Assembly (NCBI GenBank): GCA_036394595.1
Contig: DASWEU010000124.1
Coordinates: 1 to 60,126, forward strand
From: Burkholderiales bacterium
GTDB taxonomy: Bacteria; Pseudomonadota; Gammaproteobacteria; Burkholderiales; SG8-39
Reading direction: 5' to 3'
Length of the DNA stretch: 60,126 nt
Positions 56,783-60,126 of this stretch are shown here, in pieces; position 1 is the stretch's first letter; each line of letters opens with the position of its first letter. The notes under the pieces are model-generated. The model was given only the letters and a program-made list of their open reading frames with translations. It was not told the DNA's origin and ran no database searches. Position numbers and translations under genes: made by a program.

Positions 56783-57705
56783 GAAAATTTCTTTTTCATG
56801 AAATCAACGGCGCCGATCAGTCCTTTCGGCGCCACCAGAATCGCACCGAGCACCAGCAGGCCGAAAACCAGCACGTGGTGGTGGCCGACGAGCGGCGAGA
56901 GAAAGAACGGCAGCAGGAACAGCAGCACCGCACCGATCACCGCGCCGGCGTGGCGCCCGGAGCCGCCGACGATCACCATGAACAGGATGAGGAAGGCGTT
57001 TTCCAGCCCGAAGATCGGCGGATTGACCGTATTGTCGACGAAGGCGTAAGCCATCCCGGCCACTCCGGCGAGCGCGCTGGTGAGCGTGAAGACGATGACC
57101 TTGGTGCGCGCCACGTTGATGCCCATCGCCGCCGCCGCCTCCGGGTTGTCGCGCACCGCACGGCACGCGCGCCCGAACCAGGAGCGATCCAGCTTCAGAA
57201 GAATGAAAAGTGTCATCAATAAAACAAAAACAATAACGGCCGTATACCAGGGGCCGGTGATGTGCACGCCAAAGATGTCCGGCAGCCGGTAATTCGCCAG
57301 ACCACCAGTGCCACCCGTTACCGCACCGCCTTCGTTCAGCACCACGACGAACAGCTGCGCCAGAGCGAGGGTGGCGAGCGCGAGGTAGAAGCCCTCGAGG
57401 CGAGTCGAGGGAATGGCGACCGCGAGCGCCACCAGCACGCACAAGGCGACGCCGAGCACGATTGCCAGCGGCAGAGGCAGATGGAACTGGAACAGGAAGA
57501 TTACGATCGAGTAAGCGCCGACGCCATAGAAGGCGAAATGCGAAAACGAGACCTGGCCGCCGATACCGAAGAGGAAGTTGTATCCCAGCGCGAGCGTGAC
57601 CCACAGCAGCATCTTGCGGTAGACGTCGTTGTAGTAATTGCCGAGCAGGAACGGCAGACCGGCGAGAAGGACGAACACGCCCAGCCAGCGAAGCGTATTT
57701 TTCAT
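56779..57705 (-). CDS. livM: branched-chain amino acid ABC transporter permease
   Basis: LivM-type permease pattern (GQVSFSHFAFYGVGAY), ATGA-coupled to livG. Confidence 0.88.
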   Translation of the reverse strand: MKNTLRWLGVFVLLAGLPFLLGNYYNDVYRKMLLWVTLALGYNFLFGIGGQVSFSHFAFYGVGAYSIVIFLFQFHLPLPLAIVLGVALCVLVALAVAIPSTRLEGFYLALATLALAQLFVVVLNEGGAVTGGTGGLANYRLPDIFGVHITGPWYTAVIVFVLLMTLFILLKLDRSWFGRACRAVRDNPEAAAAMGINVARTKVIVFTLTSALAGVAGMAYAFVDNTVNPPIFGLENAFLILFMVIVGGSGRHAGAVIGAVLLFLLPFFLSPLVGHHHVLVFGLLVLGAILVAPKGLIGAVDFMKKKFS

Positions 57706-58574
57706 TTGGAGCGCAGTAATCCGGTGGGGCGCACGAGCAGGAAAAGCATCAGGAGCAGCAGCGGCACGCCCTGCGTGTAGCCCGAGGCGATCGGCGCATA
57801 GCGCGTGGTGAACTGCTCGGCGAAAGCGAGCAGCAGCCCGCCAAGCAGCGCGCCCTCGACCCGCCCGACGCCGCCGATCACCAGGGCGGTGAAGCCCTGG
57901 ATGGCGAGCGGCACACCCATCTGGTAGTGCGCCGAGACGTTCGGCGCCACCAGCAGCCCGCCCAGGCCGGCCATCGCTGCGCCGCCGGCGAACGACAGCG
58001 AAGTGACACGCGACAGGTTGATGCCCATCAGCGCCGCCGCCTTGCGGTTCAGGGATACCGCCTCGAAGCTTCTGCCCCAGAGCGTTTTTTCAAAAAAGAA
58101 CCAGGCCCCGACAAATACCAGCACGGTGACGGCGATGATGAAGAAGCTCTGGTAGGAGCCGGCGACCAGGCCGAACTCCAGCCGGCCGAAGCCGAAGGGA
58201 AACGGCACCGGCAGCGGATCGGGCGGAAAACTGACCGAAATGATCTCGCGTGTGATCACCAGCACGCCGAGCAGCGCAAGGACGGGCGCGAGCAGCGGAG
58301 CGCCCTTCTCCACCAATGGCCGCACGGCGACGCGCTCGGTAACCCAGCCGACAAGCAGCATGAAAGCGATGACAACAGCCATGCCGAGCGGGTAGGGAAA
58401 TTCGTATTTGGTAAGAAATACGTACCCCCCGAAAGCGCTCACCATCGCCCACTCGCCCACCGCGAAGTTGATGATCCCGGTCGGGCGGATCATCAGGAGG
58501 TAGGCGAGCGCGATCAGGCCATAGATGCAGCCCGAGGCCGTCGCGCTGACGGCCAGCTCGAGAAAGTCCTGCAA
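57702..58574 (-). CDS. livH: branched-chain amino acid ABC transporter permease
   Basis: LivH-type permease pattern (GIINFAVGEWAMV), 4-nt overlap with livM. Confidence 0.88.
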   Translation of the reverse strand: MQDFLELAVSATASGCIYGLIALAYLLMIRPTGIINFAVGEWAMVSAFGGYVFLTKYEFPYPLGMAVVIAFMLLVGWVTERVAVRPLVEKGAPLLAPVLALLGVLVITREIISVSFPPDPLPVPFPFGFGRLEFGLVAGSYQSFFIIAVTVLVFVGAWFFFEKTLWGRSFEAVSLNRKAAALMGINLSRVTSLSFAGGAAMAGLGGLLVAPNVSAHYQMGVPLAIQGFTALVIGGVGRVEGALLGGLLLAFAEQFTTRYAPIASGYTQGVPLLLLMLFLLVRPTGLLRSK

Positions 58575-58599
58575 GCGCGTGCCAGTATCGCCTTACTTC

Positions 58600-59724
58600 C
58601 TATTTCTGGCCGACGTAAAGCACCCGCCCCTGGCGATCGTTCTCGTAGACCCGCACCACCATGCCGTTCGGATCAAAGCCGGCGCGCTTGCCCTCGGGGA
58701 AGCTGTACCTCATCCCCTTCGCGCCCATCACTCCGGCGTAGTTGGTCTTCTGCATCGCCTCGCGGATCTTCTCCTTGTCGGTCGAGCCGGCGCGGCGGAT
58801 GGCATCGACGATCAGGTGGATGCCGTCGTAGCCGTAGCCGTGCAGGTTCTGCGAATCCTTGCCGATGGCCTTCTTGTAGGCCGCGACGAAGGCCTTCACT
58901 TCGGGTTTGTCCGGGTCGTAGGCGTCGACGAAAGTGATGCCGTCGATCAGGCCCTTGGCCACCGTCTCGTAGATCGGCACCGAGAGGTTGTAGGACGAAT
59001 GAATCGGAAACTTGAGCCCCAGTTCCTTGTAGGCGCGGAAGATCAGCACGTTCTCCGCCGTCAGCACGCCGGCGAGGAACATCGCCTCCGGATTGGCGGC
59101 GCGGATCTTCTGCAGCTGCGGCGTCGCGGTGGTGGCGCCGCGGGCCACGACCTCCTCGGCCACGATCTGGATGTTCGCCTTTTCCAGCGCGCCCCTGAAG
59201 GCCTTGGCGATGGCCGAGCCGAGGTCGGAGTTGTCTGTGATCAGCGCCACGCGCTTGAAGTTCTTCGACCTGGCGTGCGCCAACAGCGTCGCGCCCTGCG
59301 TCGAGCCGAGCGGGCCGGTCTGCCAGAAGTACGGGTTGTTGAGCTGCGTCGTCAGGTAGTCCGCCGAATTCATCGGCGTCATCTGCGGCGTCTTCGCCTC
59401 CATGGTCACCGTCTGCTGCTGTTGCGTGGCCGGGCTGAGCGAGACGCTGAGAATGAACACCGCGCCCTGGTCGACCAGCTTGCGCGCCAGCGCCGCCGAG
59501 ATGTCCGGGCGCGACTGGTCGTCCTCGATCAGCAGCTCGATCTTGCGGCCCAGCACGCCGCCCTGGCGGTTGATCTCGTCGGCGCCGAAGATCACGCCCT
59601 CGGTGGCCGGCTCCGAATACGGCTTGGACACGCCGACGCGGTCCGTGATGACGCCGATCTTGATCGTGTCCTGCGCGAAAACGCTACCGACAAAAAACAA
59701 CCACAGAAATCCCAGAATTCTCAT
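58600..59724 (-). CDS. ABC transporter substrate-binding protein (Leu/Ile/Val-binding family, type I PBP)
   Basis: Signal peptide followed by IKIGVITDRVG...GADEINRQGGVLGRKIELLIEDDQS, typical of LivK/LivJ-like binding proteins. Confidence 0.88.
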   Translation of the reverse strand: MRILGFLWLFFVGSVFAQDTIKIGVITDRVGVSKPYSEPATEGVIFGADEINRQGGVLGRKIELLIEDDQSRPDISAALARKLVDQGAVFILSVSLSPATQQQQTVTMEAKTPQMTPMNSADYLTTQLNNPYFWQTGPLGSTQGATLLAHARSKNFKRVALITDNSDLGSAIAKAFRGALEKANIQIVAEEVVARGATTATPQLQKIRAANPEAMFLAGVLTAENVLIFRAYKELGLKFPIHSSYNLSVPIYETVAKGLIDGITFVDAYDPDKPEVKAFVAAYKKAIGKDSQNLHGYGYDGIHLIVDAIRRAGSTDKEKIREAMQKTNYAGVMGAKGMRYSFPEGKRAGFDPNGMVVRVYENDRQGRVLYVGQK

Positions 59725-59734
59725 CTCCCCCTCC

Positions 59735-60126
59735 TCAGTTCATCAGACGTTGTTTGTCCATCCATCCTACACAAAGCTCGACCGCCTGCTTCAGCAGCTC
59801 GGGCTGGCCCTGGTAATAGTGTGTGGCGCCCTTGATCACCCGCATGGTCTTGTCCTTGCTGGCCGCCGCAGCGTGGATGATGCCGGTGTGCGATTGGGGC
59901 ACCGCGTCGTCGGCGGAATTCTCGATTGACAGCATCGGCACCGAGACATCGCGGGCGCAGCGCGGCCCGTCGGCATTGGAATCGTCCGGCGACCACTGCG
60001 ACAGCCAGGCGCGCAACGTGGAGAAGCGCGCCAGGCCAATGGGGCCGGTGTTGGCCGTCTCCGGCGCGCCGACGAAAGTCCAGCGCGGCTTGCGGTCGTT
60101 GGGCTCGAGCGTGGGGTCCATGAAGC
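59735..60126 (-). CDS. alpha/beta hydrolase-like protein, C-terminal part (continues beyond the right edge)
   Basis: The frame is open to the window end. The C-terminal segment (VPMLSIENSADDAVP..IKGATHYY) resembles the acid/His end of alpha/beta hydrolases. The N-terminus is not in the window. Confidence 0.5.
   Translation of the reverse strand, partial: FMDPTLEPNDRKPRWTFVGAPETANTGPIGLARFSTLRAWLSQWSPDDSNADGPRCARDVSVPMLSIENSADDAVPQSHTGIIHAAAASKDKTMRVIKGATHYYQGQPELLKQAVELCVGWMDKQRLMN

Overview
This is a high-GC chromosomal segment: hand-counted 60-nt sample lines in core genes give about 68% GC. Gene order looks betaproteobacterial, which is an inference from synteny and from a Bug/TctC-family gene. 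About 95% of the window is ordinary, tightly packed housekeeping or catabolic DNA. From left to right it holds: an acyl-CoA ligase; a two-component Rieske dioxygenase/SDR set convergent with a 3-hydroxyanthranilate dioxygenase set; the uvrC-pgsA-tRNA(Gly-Cys-Leu) array; efp; nagZ-acpS-pdxJ-recO-era-rnc-lepB-lepA; degP-rseB-rseA-rpoE; fabF-acpP-fabG-fabD-fabH-plsX-rpmF-yceD; maf, sppA, rluC, rne, uvrB; an aminotransferase; tRNA-Asn; several transporter/catabolic operons; and a livFGMH-plus-binding-protein ABC transporter. Many adjacent genes overlap by 4 nt (ATGA/GTGA/TTGA), which is normal translational coupling. The long ORFs antisense to these genes are high-GC shadow ORFs. The one clearly foreign part is the leftmost ~2.6 kb (about 130-2697). 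It has markedly lower GC (37-57% in hand-counted lines) and sits between two convergent high-GC genes. It carries three co-oriented genes: an unknown protein, a protein with an exact HEPN RNase motif (R-N-D-L-A-H), and a protein whose N-terminus looks like an HNH_5-type His-Me-finger nuclease. A structured ~550-bp non-coding tail follows. I consider this the best candidate for an undescribed defence or toxin module. Its function is inference only. Secondary observations: an rne leader in which the Shine-Dalgarno is locked in a perfect 18-nt palindrome with a duplicated competitor; a 24-codon ORF preceded by a 15-nt perfect complement to the 16S rRNA 3' end; a terminator hairpin abutting the lepA start codon; four genes whose conserved N-termini lack any ATG/GTG/TTG (CTG candidates); a sigma-E-type promoter upstream of rpoE; and an Arg-type EF-P loop.
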